64,000 bases of DNA from Aplysia californica (taxonomy: Eukaryota), in contig NW_004797450.1 in NCBI RefSeq assembly GCF_000002075.1, forward strand, positions 792,535 to 856,534, written 5' to 3'. The first letter of the stretch is position 1. Each line of letters opens with the position of its first letter. Below the pieces are notes generated by a model. The model saw only the letters and a list, made by a program, of their open reading frames with translations, made no database searches and was not told where the DNA came from. Both the position numbers and the translations under genes were made by a program. This document shows, piece by piece, positions 39,139 through 52,600 of the stretch.

Positions 39139-41173
39139 AGCATACACACACATATGTACAGACCCTTACACTGAAAAAAAAAACTCAAGCAAAAAACACG
39201 TACAAATTTGATTTTGTGGTCATTGTTCTTCACACACTGAAATAAGGGCTGTTCTCCAACTCCAAGAGCTTTTCTTTCTCTGTTTTTTCTCTCTGTCTGT
39301 CTTGCTATTTCCCGCATTGATAACAGTCACTGTTCTGACGTGATTCAAACTCAAATGAAGAATAAAATATGTGGAATATTTCTTTGACTTTGTGCTTTCA
39401 TCATTATAAAATCGAATTCTGTGATTGTTCCAGACCTGCCTGCCTAGTGGTAGCCAGAGATCCATTCATCGTCCTTTGGTTCCTACAAATCTCTGTGTTC
39501 AGGTAAGAGTCACACACCTGAGGCCCTGTTCTGAAAATATTTCCCTCACCTGAAAGGAAATGGAGTATCTAACTCCATACTCTCTAGATTCAAGCTCGAT
39601 TCTGAAAAAGAAACATTTAAGGAATCATTGAAAAAATTATCAGATTCAAACGAACTTAACTTGCTCTGTGGTAGCCAGGTTGTGAAACTAAAGATATTAT
39701 GAGAAACCTGAAAATATTATCAAACTGAAATTCTTGCTGATAATGTTATTAATTATATAAGAACAAGAAGATTTCCTTTATTATCAGTTAATTGGATATC
39801 CCAACCGTGGCGGATTGTGAGTGGAAAAGTGTCATATGATGGCAAGTGTCTTAGGTGTGAACGAGTTATAGAAAAATTAGATATTCAGGCTAGATCTAGA
39901 TTACTCATGGGTGTGAATGTTGGATGGGTGGTTGGCAGGTTCACCGGTGTGGTAAGCTTCTTCTTTCCAATCAAACATCTATCATCACCTCTCCCTTTTT
40001 TTTTTGTATGTTACTCTCTAGTAACACTTCTAACCTTCAGCAATTATGATGTATACGTGTTAACTCTTACTAAAACAAATGTAAAATTCTCATGGTGCTT
40101 GCAAAATGAGAAAAAGTTCTAAATGTTTGTAAAGGTTGTTTTTTTCCTATTACAGCATGTTGCCCTTGTTGCTGAAGGATGGCTTGTTGATCCCTGTCAT
40201 TGCAACGACGTTGTTGTTCTGGATTATCCTCCACTATTATCTGCGGCCGACTGAGGGCATCAGGAGGGAGTTAAAACTCATTGTAAGGATCACTTTGATG
40301 CTTTTATTAGCCAAAAACAAAAACAACTTCATAGCTCTCTGATGTTAGAATAGCATTTTTATTTTATTTGTAAGTGTTTTGTTTTCATATGTGGTATTTT
40401 TCCTGCAAATATGTTTTCTGACAAATTACTGAAAAGAATTTGATACTCTTTGTTCTTTCCCATTTGTGACTGATTTTTGTTTTAGGTATTGTTGTCGGAA
40501 AAATTTGATTACATCAACTAATTACCAGTATAATTTGATGAAATGTGTCATTGGTAAAGCAGTCGGTGAAATTTGATTAAACATGTAAATGATATTTAAA
40601 TATCTTACAGGTTACCATGCTGTGCGATTGACAGGAAACTATTTTCCTGCGAACTATCTATTATAATTACTCAGAATGTTCTATAGTTCAGTTTGTATTA
40701 ATTATTGATTTGTGGGTGGTTGGAGGCTGCTACTGGTTGGTCTTACTTCTTTATGTTCCTTCTGTTGCACCTGCATGTCTGTCGTGCTCATTCCCAACGC
40801 TAAAGGATTATTGTTGTGTCAATGTACTTCACTTTATTAAATTCAAACACAAAATGTTTGGAATTCTCAGTTTCAGATGTCCATTCTGGGTGCTGTAGGA
40901 GTGTCCTTGGTTTTCCTGTTGGTCAAGCCACCTGTGAGGTATCCAGACCTGTTCACCCTTCTGATTGCCATCTACTCTTGCGCTCACTTCATGATGTTTG
41001 CTGTTTATTTTCATGCCAGACAATTTGGCAGTTCCCTTACCAAGTTTATATTTGCTGCTGACGCAGCGAAGAAAAGGGATGATTACGAGGACGATAAAAT
41101 TTCTTCTCCCCGATCATCGGTACAGAATGTAGAGCAGAGAAATTTTAATCTGAGAAGCCGGAAAAGAAAGTGA
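25911..41173 (+). CDS. ALG6: Dolichyl pyrophosphate Man9GlcNAc2 alpha-1,3-glucosyltransferase, 14 exons, 532 aa
   Basis: Exons 25911-26028, 29826-29910, 31604-31693, 32194-32282, 32672-32760, 33799-33863, 34528-34713, 35454-35589, 36377-36462, 36951-37035, 38418-38488, 39434-39502, 40156-40282 and 40871-41173 total 1599 nt. Motifs [94 protein letters not shown] and RYPDLF. An in-frame upstream ATG is at 25899. Confidence 0.96.
31934..32183 (+). mobile_element. SINE family B copy (internally deleted) abutting the ALG6 exon 4 acceptor
   Basis: Head and tail match 22391-22746 but the core is missing. Possible TSD TATTC. Confidence 0.8.
33864..34527 (+). other. ALG6: U12-type (minor spliceosome) GT-AG intron, ALG6 intron 6
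   Basis: 5' splice site GTATCCTTT. Branch site TTTCCTTGAC (34507-34516) with the A 12 nt before the AG and no long polypyrimidine tract. Splicing restores HFQ|YNS. Confidence 0.9.
37081..37592 (+). mobile_element. SINE family A copy
   Basis: A/B-box head, same body and tail as the other copies, TSD TGTACTCTGT. Confidence 0.85.
37781..37945 (+). mobile_element. ~170-bp short retroposon (family C) sharing its 3' tail with SINE family A
   Basis: GGGTGGTTGGCGGGTGCTCTGGTGTGGTTTGCT...CACCTCTAATCTTCGGCACTTATATGACCTTAT...GCCGTAAAAC. Other copies at ~5555-5725(-), 6570-6750(-), 34335-34470(-), 36083-36245(+), 39925-40045(+) and 50330-50495(-). Confidence 0.75.
38529..38855 (+). mobile_element. SINE family B copy (diverged)
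   Basis: Matches 3352-3750 along its length. Confidence 0.75.
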
Positions 41174-41672
41174 TTTCTCCTTCATAGATGAATAGTTGTT
41201 TTTTTCATTTAAAAGAGGTCAACCGTGTTCATTAGCACTGTTTTATGTTTCAGTGTAGAAAAATAGAGACAGTGTCGGAAATCATTCCATATAAAGTTAA
41301 TGGAAAAGGACTCATTTATTATTATTGTAAGGACTAGTGCAATCAATTTTACCCTGCCTGTTGAGACTTGTATTATATCATTTCACTTGATGAAGTATTC
41401 TCCCTGGGATTGATTTCGGGTCCCTCCATTAACTAATTAGTTGCCCAAAGGTACTCTCGTGGATCAAAATTCAAAATTTGTGTGTGTTTGAAAAACGAAA
41501 AGAACATGCACGCACTTGACCCACGGGAGAGAATGTGTCATAAATTATTGGTTATTTACCCACGTTACTTGAAGGAGTCTGTCAACATACTGAGATCTGT
41601 ATCTGTTTATTCTTTCTGATTGGAAAGACCATTATTATTTATCATTTATTAGCATTAGACGAAATATATATA

Positions 41673-42698
41673 CAGTGGAACTCGTTTCAACGAGGTCGCA
41701 GGCCCTGACCTAAAATCTCATTGAATGCAAGTGTTCGTTATAGCAAATATGCGGTTTTAGGTAGATAATTACAGACACTGAGCAAGGGCGAAAACAAAGA
41801 GAAAGCCGAAACTCAAGCAACTGAAGATCGACTCTGACCAGCGCCAGTAGGTGTCTGCCTGATCCACATAGAGGGCGCCTAAGGCCTAGATCTAGATCTA
41901 AGCAAAAAATTACACCACGGTACAGCTGGTATTTATGAAGCATTTTATTAGGGGGGAAAAACATGAATTTCCTAAAATATTATGTAATGCTGCTCGGTGA
42001 CCACCCTAATTTGATGACGCAGATTTAAAAAATGTAATTAGTGTAACATAGTGTTTGTCTACATTAAGCACAAGCTCTGAAATGGCCATTTAAAATTGTC
42101 CCCAGTCCAGTCAGGTGACGTCACGCAAACAACAGAACCCGAGTTGGCGACGGTGAGACTGCACTGAGAGTTCGCGACCTCAATGCTTTCATGTCGCATC
42201 TCCGTTTTTAATAACAGTGACCAATTCGTTCAAATGCAAGCCTGTGTCATCTCGATTGTTCACCAAAAAGTTGTGTTGGTGTTATAGAGCCTAGCCTAGC
42301 ATATGGCAACTTATTTTGATTCCATAGACCAGCGCTTAATTCATTACGTAGATCTACGTCATGACTAGCTTATCATTGTAATATTGATCAGTTGCCGAGG
42401 GAGGGGGGGGGGGTGAGATTGTGACCCCCACCCCGACACGCACACAAGCACACATGCGCGTGCCAACAACGCATGTGTTTGTAGTATGTACGAAAGAATG
42501 ATGGTTTCCGGGAAGAGAAAAAGGTTGTGTGAGAAAAATGAGCGAAGCCGCGTCTGCAGGGGGTGTTCACCCTGGAAGCGACCTCGTTGAATCCGAGCTT
42601 GCTGATTTAAGTGTTTTTTTAATCCAGGTTATTGTTATTGGTGTTAAAGAAGGAAAAAGACGGGGAATTCATCTCCTCGTTGAATCCGAGTTCCACTG
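41673..42698. mobile_element. MITE, pogo/Tigger-like
   Basis: TA-CAGTGGAACTCG(T/G)TTCAACGAG TIR at both ends. Confidence 0.85.
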
Positions 42699-42959
42699 TA
42701 TTCAATAAATATTTATGAAAACTGCAAGGGACGACAGTGTATTTTTATTTTATGTCTGTCCCGATGTGGAGGGTTTTTTTTCTTGCCACTTCTTCCCTGT
42801 GAAGTGGCTTAAAATAGGTTGTATGTATATATATGTATTGGGTGGCATTATATATACAGTCAAAGCAAGCACATCGTGAACAAGCATATAGTGAAACATG
42901 AAACACGCACATAGCAAAGAGATTTTCAGGTTCCGAATTTTTAAAAAATACAGCAGGCG

Positions 42960-43365
42960 ATCGTCAATTTTTTTGGCATTTAGAGTTATTGATTTCATTT
43001 CAAAGCTTGTTCATTTGCCTTGCTTTAGAGGAAAAATGATACCAGTCTATCTTGAATAGAAGTCGAGATATTTGGAATTGAAGGAGGTGGGGGTCGCCTG
43101 ATTTCAGTGGTAAAATTAGCAAGAGAATGGCCGCCAAAGTTCGATGACTTCCAAAGCTTGAGAGTCATAGGAAGCTGAACATCTGCAATTTTGGTGCCTT
43201 TAATCAGCCTTTTTCAGTAAAAATCCATACAGAAACGTGTTTTTATACAGACCTAAAAGGTATTGGGCCAAAAAACAAAAATTCGAGAAAAATTTCCAAT
43301 CTGGCAGGAAAATGCCGGTTTCTTTGAATTCAGTATTTTGACGAGTGCCTGATTTCACCACGATG
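42960..43365. repeat. Dispersed repeat; inverted copy at ~60300-60640
   Basis: GAATGGCCGCCAAAGTTCGATGACTTCCAAAGCTTGAG and GACGAGTGCCTGATTTCAC have reverse-complement matches at ~60460 and 60301. Confidence 0.6.
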
Positions 43366-45743
43366 CCTCACATATATTCTTTGTATTTAACACACGTAGG
43401 CTACACAGTTGAATTCGTATTGAATGAAAAGATATTTGTGTCCTGCAATACAGTATGTGCTTGCTAGACTATGTTTGTGGGCAACAATTAAATGTTGAAT
43501 GGGCATTACAGGGGGAAAAATTCCTTGTGTTTCTTCCTAGTTTGAGACAAACCAGTTCATTTTTATGATCGCTATCAATACTGTCATGACCATGTTGCTT
43601 ACTGAAATGTTGACTGTTGGAGAATGTTTGTGTGGTGCTTTGAGTTGTGAGAAAGTGATGATATATAGGCCTACCTACTCTAACAGTAACAGAGATGGAA
43701 GTGTAGTAGTGTGTTCGTGCCCCTAGCAGTTTATCTTATGGGGAAAATGAAGGAAGTGTGTTTATAATTTTGCATAATCGGTCATACAACAGCCATGCAT
43801 AAAATGACTCATTTTGCTTGGAACTGATGGAAGCGAAGCTAGCACCACATACCCTCCTATACTTAAAATTGCTGCTTTGCTTTGAAGAAAAAGACATTGG
43901 GGCAATTTGTTTAGTTAAGTTTTAGTTTTGTAAAAGTTTTATCCCACTTGCACCTACATAAGGTCATATGAGCGTGCGTGTGAGACAAAATTTTTTGCAG
44001 TGAGGAAGGCCAGTGACTGAACATGGATGGCGGGTGAACAGTATGAGAGAGTTATGCTGTAATAATGTATTATTAGCTGGAGATCACTGCATTGTAAATC
44101 CATCAAAGTGACCTGTATCAATGTAGGGTTCACAAAGCAGAGCTCTCCCATTTTGGAAGCAGCAGAAAATCGCTTAGAAAAACTCCTTGGATTTTTCGAG
44201 ATAGTGCACTGAAAGATAGATGCATTATCAAGTCTTTTCCTTGTATGAATTTGTTCATTGTGGTGGACAATAATGGGTAATCAATAGCTGTGCTCATTCA
44301 TGATTATCTACTTTCTTCATTTTATTGTTTACCGGTGGAGACTAGTACACAGAAATGGTGTTGGTTTACAAGTCTTGAATTTGAATGCATGGATTAATGA
44401 AGGTCATGTTTTGTGATTAAACCCCTGTTGATTTTATGTACATTTCAATAATGCTTTGTTTCTTATTTCAAATATGTAGCCATACTTATTATGTTGTTAC
44501 TGGTTTCGTCCAGCTTAAATACTGAGAAAAAGAACGCTTTTTATTCAGTAAAAAGATAGTGTGAGCAAGCAAGTGCTAGTAATATTCCTGTGTTTTTAGT
44601 ATTTCGTGCGTGTCTAAGGGATACAGTCCATGCTGGCTTTAAGCACGGTCATCGGGAGAAAGCTTAAGCGTGCTTGAGTGCGAAGTAGACATAATCTAAA
44701 GATTTTCATGTAGAAAGTTGTTGAAAGTTTTCAATGCTCTCCATTCGTTTTCTTGAGTTTTATCAAAGGTGGAAGTTGAAATGGAGGTCCATTCTCTGGG
44801 TTGAAATAAGTGTTTGGAACCAAGCTTAACTAACTGCAAACACAATTTTTTCCCATTAGGTCAGTGTAAGAGTAAGAAACACCCCTCCAAAGAAACAACT
44901 TGTATCTTACTTATGGAGTACAGTCGGACCTGCCAAAATGGTCACCTCTCCATAGCAGTCACTTGCACCGTTCGCTACTGTTTCGTGACACCTACACATA
45001 TTATTTTCAGTGGTATTGAAACTTTTAACCTGTCCATAGATGATAGAGGACCTTGTCCAACGTGGCCATGGTCAGTCATTTTCATGACAAGTTGGCCTCA
45101 AAACCTACTCATCATAGCAGTCCCTTGCTACAAGTAAGCTTTTCGCCAGCCTGTCCTCAGATTCAGATTGGGTACGCTCAATCAATGAAAGAAGCTCTTA
45201 TCAAAGATACAAAGTAAAACAAATTTTATTAAATGAAATGGAAAGATACAATTAAAATTTCACACTTTAAATCATCTGTTGACTGTCTAAGCCAGTTTAT
45301 GACCATAACTCAGACCCTGTCTATAGCAGCCACCTGCTTACAACAGACATTTTTCTTTGTGATCTTGAATCACTGACCATTCTGGTCAAGTTCAACCACT
45401 GTATCTGATCTCCCATCGTTGCACCAGAATGCCGAATCACACTCAGCCCGAGTCCTCCCTGGCAGGCAAGGCGGAAGCAGCCTGCCTCATAAATAAAAGA
45501 TCTAAACCCTTGCTGATGGAGGTGTGGAATATTTACAATCATCTTGTGCTTGTAGAGGTAGACACAGAGACTTAATTGTGTTGGAAAAAAGGAGGAACGA
45601 TCTCATCACACACAGTACAGGACAGAGGAAGGATAGAAGGATTCTACATTAATGTTAATAGAATGAAAAGCAATACAGTCTGACATGCCGCGCTAATAGA
45701 ACTTCAGGCCCAGAATTTTCTCTTGTACATTGTATTCTTTGTA

Positions 45744-46779
45744 CAGCAGTCTCCTCCTAAGATCCTGCTTCGTTTAATTTCTACCCACGCAGAGTGCACA
45801 ACACTTAGGATTAGGTAGGGTACATCAGTACTATACATGTATCTAGGCAAAAATAACCCCGACCATTATGAAATTTTCAGCGTAATGAGAAAATTGAAAG
45901 TGATGATCGCATGTTCACCAAAAAAGCAATTAGAATCGGTACTAAAAACATTAGAATTACATCTAGCTCATTCTTTACCTGAATTCTCATCATGGTGCAA
46001 GAGTAAAGCAGCACTTATGCTTAGTCTACTCAACATAAAAATAAAATTTAAAAATTCCCCCAATTGTATGTCAAAAAAAAAGGAGATTATTGCTGCGTCA
46101 TGTTTGTTGCTATATATATAACACCATCACAAATTGACTTCCCGTGGGGAAAAGGGACGGCTTCTTAGATGGAAAGCTATAAATGTCAGAGAGGTGAACT
46201 GGAGGAGCAATGGGATAAGAGTAGATCTTGAGACTCATAATAGGATAATAAGTGAAAATGGCATGTCTCATTCCAATGTGACTGGTCATTCTTTGCTCGC
46301 AGTAAGTTATAAACCCACCCTGGGGTCACGTCAGTTCATTTTAGAGTTAGAGTGAAGGGGAAACAATTTTACTGCTTGTGAGCCTGAACATAGGTCACTG
46401 AAGATTCTTCCCTTGGTGCGTCCCCTAAGATCACGCATTTTCCTTGTTCCCAAGCACCGGGATCTTGGGCAGAGATAGAGATTGCACATAACAAGATAGT
46501 TCACTTGGCCAAAAAAGTGTCCGCAGAAGTCCGCGCATTGGTTCAGATGGCGCTGCAGTCTTTGTTTTGAAGCTCTCTTTCGTTTCTTCTTCAGAAGAAT
46601 AGGAACAACACAGCTTGTCAGTTTCGCTTTTACTGTTTTTCATGCAAGTAGGGTAACTCTGTTTCCAAAGTCAGCGCTTTTTCGAAGAGGGTCCACCGGA
46701 TTTTGAGGACACTTTTTTAATTGCCTCAAAGTGAGGAGTGAACTATCTCGTTATGTACAATCTTTAGCGGAGACTGCTG
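45744..46779. mobile_element. Diverged copy of the 10893-11858 MITE with a nested MITE
   Basis: TA-CAGCAGTCTCCTCCTAAGATCC ... GCGGAGACTGCTG-TA, with internal similarity to 11515-11850. Confidence 0.75.
46476..46763. mobile_element. ~290-bp MITE
   Basis: TIR AGATTG(C/T)ACATAAC(A/G)AGATAGTTCAC. Second copy at 609-872. Confidence 0.8.
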
Positions 46780-47556
46780 TATTTAAAAAATAATTCCCAC
46801 ACCCCACTAATTTTGCTATGTGCATTCTACATAATCTCACACACAAAAATGAAAAGTAAACAAACAAACAGTATGAAATATTTATTCCCTCAATTGCCTT
46901 TCTCACCAATGATGAAAATGTTAAACCAACAAGTCTTGGGGAAACAAAAAAAGATGACCAAAATCAAATTACATGGGACTACAAACTATTTCCAAGAAGA
47001 AATAATGCTTGAGAACTGATGACCTAAAAACAGTAATTAGTTTGCAGCTTTTCACATTTTTCTTAGCTTACATTGCTTTAAAATTTCATATTTTAAAAAA
47101 AACAACCAAAATGTACTGTTTCGTAAAGTATCCCTCTCAACAAAACTCCATACCGGTACGTTATTTTTAAAAAGCAGAATCTTTAATCAAAACAAACTGG
47201 GTGTGTTGGACCTAGCTGAATGGCTGATCCTGCACGTAGCACAAAGAAAGGTAAAGAGCCCAAATTCACTTCAATAATATCACACTTCCATCACCTGAAC
47301 AGAACAAAATTTGTAAGCCATTATTTAAAACAGCATCCCGTCCCAATTTTTCAATCACCCCATCAACTTCATCTTTAAATCGAGACATTGCGCACAAACA
47401 AATCAATCCCTTTTTAGAACACAACAACAAACCAACATCCATTCTTTCAAAATGACACCAAGCCACTCTATTCTTACATCCTCACTTTATTTCAACAGCA
47501 TACACTCAACACACACACACACACACTTAGAACAGTTCTAGACAACAATCATTTGT

Positions 47557-49643
47557 TCAGGCTTTGGGCGCTTCTGCTTGAACTGTTCCCTTGTCTTGGA
47601 TACCACTCTTGTCCACCACCCGAACCCGGAATTTTCCCAAGTTGACGATGAACCGTTTCTGTATCTGGAAAAAAATGAAAGCATTGTCTTTACGGTACAG
47701 TATTAAGTACTCTCAATAATCAATTCAATAATGCAGTGATCATCAAAATAATGGAAGAAAAAAAAACCACTCAAAAACAAAGCATCAAGACCCCCATTAA
47801 AAAAAATTTTTTTTTTCATTACCACAAAATTGACTTGTTACCTGTTTGCCAAAACAGAGTCAGGAGTAAAAGTAAACTGCTTGCCTAAGTAAGGAGGAGG
47901 AGGACAAGAAGAACAAAAAGGAGAACTCACAGAGCCCTGCTCCCAAACGTCCATGAGATATTGGTTTGGTCCTACTTCCAAACATAGACAGGCCGGGATT
48001 TCACATTTTCTTAATGAATGACAGCAATCTAAAACACTAAAAGTGCCACATAATTTTTGTACAAAGCCTTAGTTGAATCATTTACCTAACTGGAAATTTA
48101 AAAGATTTTTGAAGTACAGAAGTTCATGTGGTGGACTACTACTAGAAACCCAAAGTCATTTTCTTTTCATTATTGTATAAAAAATACCAGAACTATGGAT
48201 GCCTGATGACTTGGCAAGACAGTATATCATAACAATTCATCCTATCTGCCAGAATTAATTGCATGGATTTTCCTGAACAGCCAGAATTAAGTCAGCACTG
48301 TTAATTAGAATTTGCTCAAGTCTTTTCATCACCGACAAATTTGAAACTCTATCTACCCGGTTCCCCATGCCAAAAAAAATTAACCATTGGTAGAAACAGG
48401 AAAGCTTAAAGTCAGATTAAATGCTGAAAAAGCAGATATATAGTAGAAGAATTTGATAAGCACTCTCAGTTTGGAAAGGGACTCAGATTCTAGATCCAAA
48501 ATTGTCAGTGACACAGCAGAAAAAAAAAACACCTTCAAGTACCCAATTCTCATAAACAAAGAAAGTACTAAGTACTATCACGTCTATTCCTAACTTGACC
48601 AATACTATACACATGGATTTGGAGGACTGGACGGAAATATGCATTTAATTAGGGGAGGCGAAAACAACAAGCTCTCCCAAGCTCTGTGTCATTCTGGCAG
48701 AAGGGGGTAAGTGGAAATGACTAGGAGCACATTGTTCTGACTGAGAGGAGTTAAGTATTATATATATGAATATCTAGTTGTAGTCTTCAAATTTTTGCAT
48801 TACAATATTAGTTTATGGTGTTATTTTTGTCACATTCTCAGGGTTCAATGAGTTAATGGTGATAATAATAATTTTTAAAACTTACCTCAGTGATGCATTT
48901 CACTAATAGTTCCTTCGCTCCCTCATAATCCAGATCTGTTGAACAAATAAACAATTATAAAAATGACCCAAAAAAAATAAATGATAATGACAATAAACTT
49001 CTTAAACTTAATTTATAATATGCACTGTTTGCACATGGAACATAATATGATCGCTTTTAATGACAAGCAGGCTAACCCAGATTTTAGGGGTTTCCACCTA
49101 CACCAAAAGGGAGCATTGCCCTACCTACAGGAGAAGTTTGGTTTCATTGGTGTATATATTTGTTTCGTTATAGAGAAAACTTTCGTCTTCTAAAGGGAAA
49201 CCGAACAAGGGGCAAAAAACGTTACCTTCGATTTTTTCCAAACAGCACTTTTCAGGATGGCCCCCTTGTGCTTTAAATTTAAAGCGACCATATAAACACC
49301 TCTATCTTCTTTTTTCTCCTGACTGACAAAAACAAAAGTAAAGCCAAAGACTTTTCTCTCTTACAGTGAAAAGGTGAGCAAATAAGAAAAGAAAAGAATA
49401 ACAAAACAAATTTGCAAATCAGTAAAAAAGATGAGACAAAACGGGATATGATAAGATAAACATTGGTCAATGAGGGAAACTTTAACATACAAAGATTAAG
49501 CCACAACACAAAAATGCCACTCATTGCATTCATGAACAATGATAGATGACAATTATGTACAATGAAAAATAAAAATACAATAATGCACAGCTCACTCACA
49601 CAAGCATGTACAAGGTGTCCTTGGGCTTCCTATAGCTCAGTCA

Positions 49644-49693
<50 letters not shown>

Positions 49694-52600
49694 GTCTTCC
49701 ATATCTATCTACCAAAAGGCAAGACACGCTTTTCAACAAGTATATCCACCCATTACCCGTTGACATAATGGCAGAACAACCATGGAAAATTTCAGCAGGA
49801 CAAAAAACAACTCCCACCTTGTTTCCAAATTTTTGCACAAAAAAAAAAAATGGCACAAAATCTGTCTTTTTATGTTTATCATATCTTAGAAGAAGCACAT
49901 TGTACTAAAAATACAGTGAAAATATAAACCCTCCCAGTTGTTTTTTTTCTTTTATCTCTGCAACTTTTCTATAAAACAAAACCTGGCTAAACCGATGACA
50001 AGCCAACAGTCCCACAAATTTCAGATAAAGCAGATTATGCTGTACTGTCTAACACTTAGATAGAAAGTTCTTTTTTTTAAGTAAGTATAAATTCCATAGC
50101 ATTGATAAACAATAACATTACCTTTCTGGTAATATTTGTCCATGATACTGAGGGCAAACAGACTGCCATAGCCGTGAATTGCAAATGGCATTTTGTTGAG
50201 GGAAGCCAAATAGTCCAGGAAATACAGAGAGGGGCCATCATCCTTGTCATAGCCAGCAAGAAGGAGATTGACAAAACGGCTTCTCTGAAAAAGAATATAA
50301 GTTACAGAAATTTAAATTTTTAGTTTTAGTAAAAAGTTTTATGGCACTTGCAACACAAACATGTCATATCACTTAGAGCCGAAGATAAGAGGTGTTACTA
50401 GAGATACAAAGAAAAGGAGGAGGAGAGATAAAGACGACAAATATTTCATCATAGAAAGGAAGGAGAAAATTACACCAGAGCACCCACCAACTACACAAAC
50501 AAGTTTATTTAAAACTCTTTTGAAGCAAAAACTAGGACTTACCCCTGAACCTGATCTTTGCATGCAGATGGTGCTCGTAATGTAGAAATAGTGAAAGTGA
50601 AAGGTACGATAATGAATAAGAAAAGAAGTTTCACCCTCAGGACCCCACCTTCATTGAAAGTTAAATGTAAGATGTAGCATCTATACAATCTAACTGTGTT
50701 GAGAGCGCTGCAAAACTGTTGCTAGATCTCAACAACAAAAATTTAATTTAAAAAAACATGACAAATTGAGTTTACTCAGAAAAGAAAGGTAACACAAGGC
50801 AACGAATGGGAAAAGGTAGCTTGCAGTTTCTATAACAACCTGTCATGACTCAGAGAAACAAAAAAATAAAAACATACAAATAAGAAATACCTTTGAACCA
50901 CACAACAAAGAGAGAGATCATGTTTGTGGGAGCAGCTCAGCTTAGTAGACAACATGAGCAGCTGACACCACTGAATAAGAGGTGGCTACATTTGTCTTTC
51001 CCTTCACCCTATCACTCTCTTCTTACATTTAGGACCTCTCTTTAGTCATTGTGAAGAATACAACACAGACAGGAGCGGTGTATTGAAAACTTGTGCATCA
51101 CTGGAAAATACATGTCTAAAAAAAAAGACAACAAACAAACAACCCCCCCCCCCACCATTCCTACCATTACAACTAAGAAGAAAAAAACAAAACAAAAAAA
51201 TAGGGTGTGTGTAAGCCAGTCATCCTGACTACTGATGTGTCATTAAAACATTCTTTTTTAAAGAAATTGTTTTAGAGACTTACTGCTTTTCAAACACCAA
51301 AGAAGACACAGATTGCACAGAATGAAGTTTGTGGCATGGTTACTACCACTTTGTCAGGATGCCCTACAGAATGCAGTGAAGTCAGCATACATGTAATACA
51401 AAATTTCAGCAGGCTGCTTCAATTCATTGGACTATCTACAGTGAGAACTTTGCTTTATCTTAGAGTACTATTATGTATTCAAAAAGTCAACAACTCGTCT
51501 TTACAAAAAGTTTGCTTTTTATACTCTAACTGGGGGGGGGGGGTGGGGGTGGGGGGATTTAAAGTGTTTTACGGCACTCGCAACTGCGTAAGGTCAAAAG
51601 AGCGCGCGGGACACATTAAACATTTTCAGTTGGTAGGAAATTTTGAATTTTGCCCAGGTGGCAGCCGAAGCCTACTCTTATCGCTTTTAGACCACCAAGG
51701 GATCTTTAACGTGCGCAACTTGCACACGGGACCTCCGAGATTTTTCGCCCTTATCCAAGATGACTATGCATTCCATCTTACCTACCATAAGATTAAGGGT
51801 GTGGCTGAAAGACAACAGTAAAAAGGAGCCAAGGAGTAGCGGTAGAAAGGCTGCAGAAAGAGTCAGGAGCCCACAGGAGGGGTCAACGGAGGTGAGGGCA
51901 TGGGGGAAGAGAGTGGAGACGAAAACAGACGACAGAGCATATTTAGAAACCAGGAAAGGGGGTGAAAGGAGAAAATTTCAGAGAAGAAAATTTCCGTCGC
52001 TATCCAGATTCAAACCCGGGACCAATTGATTGAGAGGCAAACACCATAACCTCTTGACTACGAGAGCCCCACTCTAACTGTTAATTCAAAGAAATAATAT
52101 TCATATTACATTATATGAACATTGTAGCACAAAAAAAATTAATTTAATATTGCAATAGAATAACGACCACAATATAGTCCATGGCCATCATAAGATCTTC
52201 ACTACAGACAGTTCAAATCACAAGCTCTCCCATACTTACAGACGACCTCAAGCTCTCAGCCATGTTCCTTCTTGTAAAGTTAGCTGCAGCATGAGGGGAC
52301 AAATCATACCCTGAAAAACCACACACAAAATAAGATGTATAATAACCAAACAATGGGGGAGGGGGCAGGCTGTAAGCCATAATCCAAACATTCATGATGC
52401 AGGTGATCAAAAGAAACAAAGGGTGGTATCTTATCACATAATAAGTTCAGTATAGACAAAGTATAACAACCCCCGGAGCGTTACAATGATCACAGACTGC
52501 GTTTTCTTTTATTCCTTTAAGTCGATACTCTGTAACCAAGCTCTGACTCATGGTGTTTTCTACTAGGTCAAGCAGCTCAAAATTGGGGATTATATTTTCC

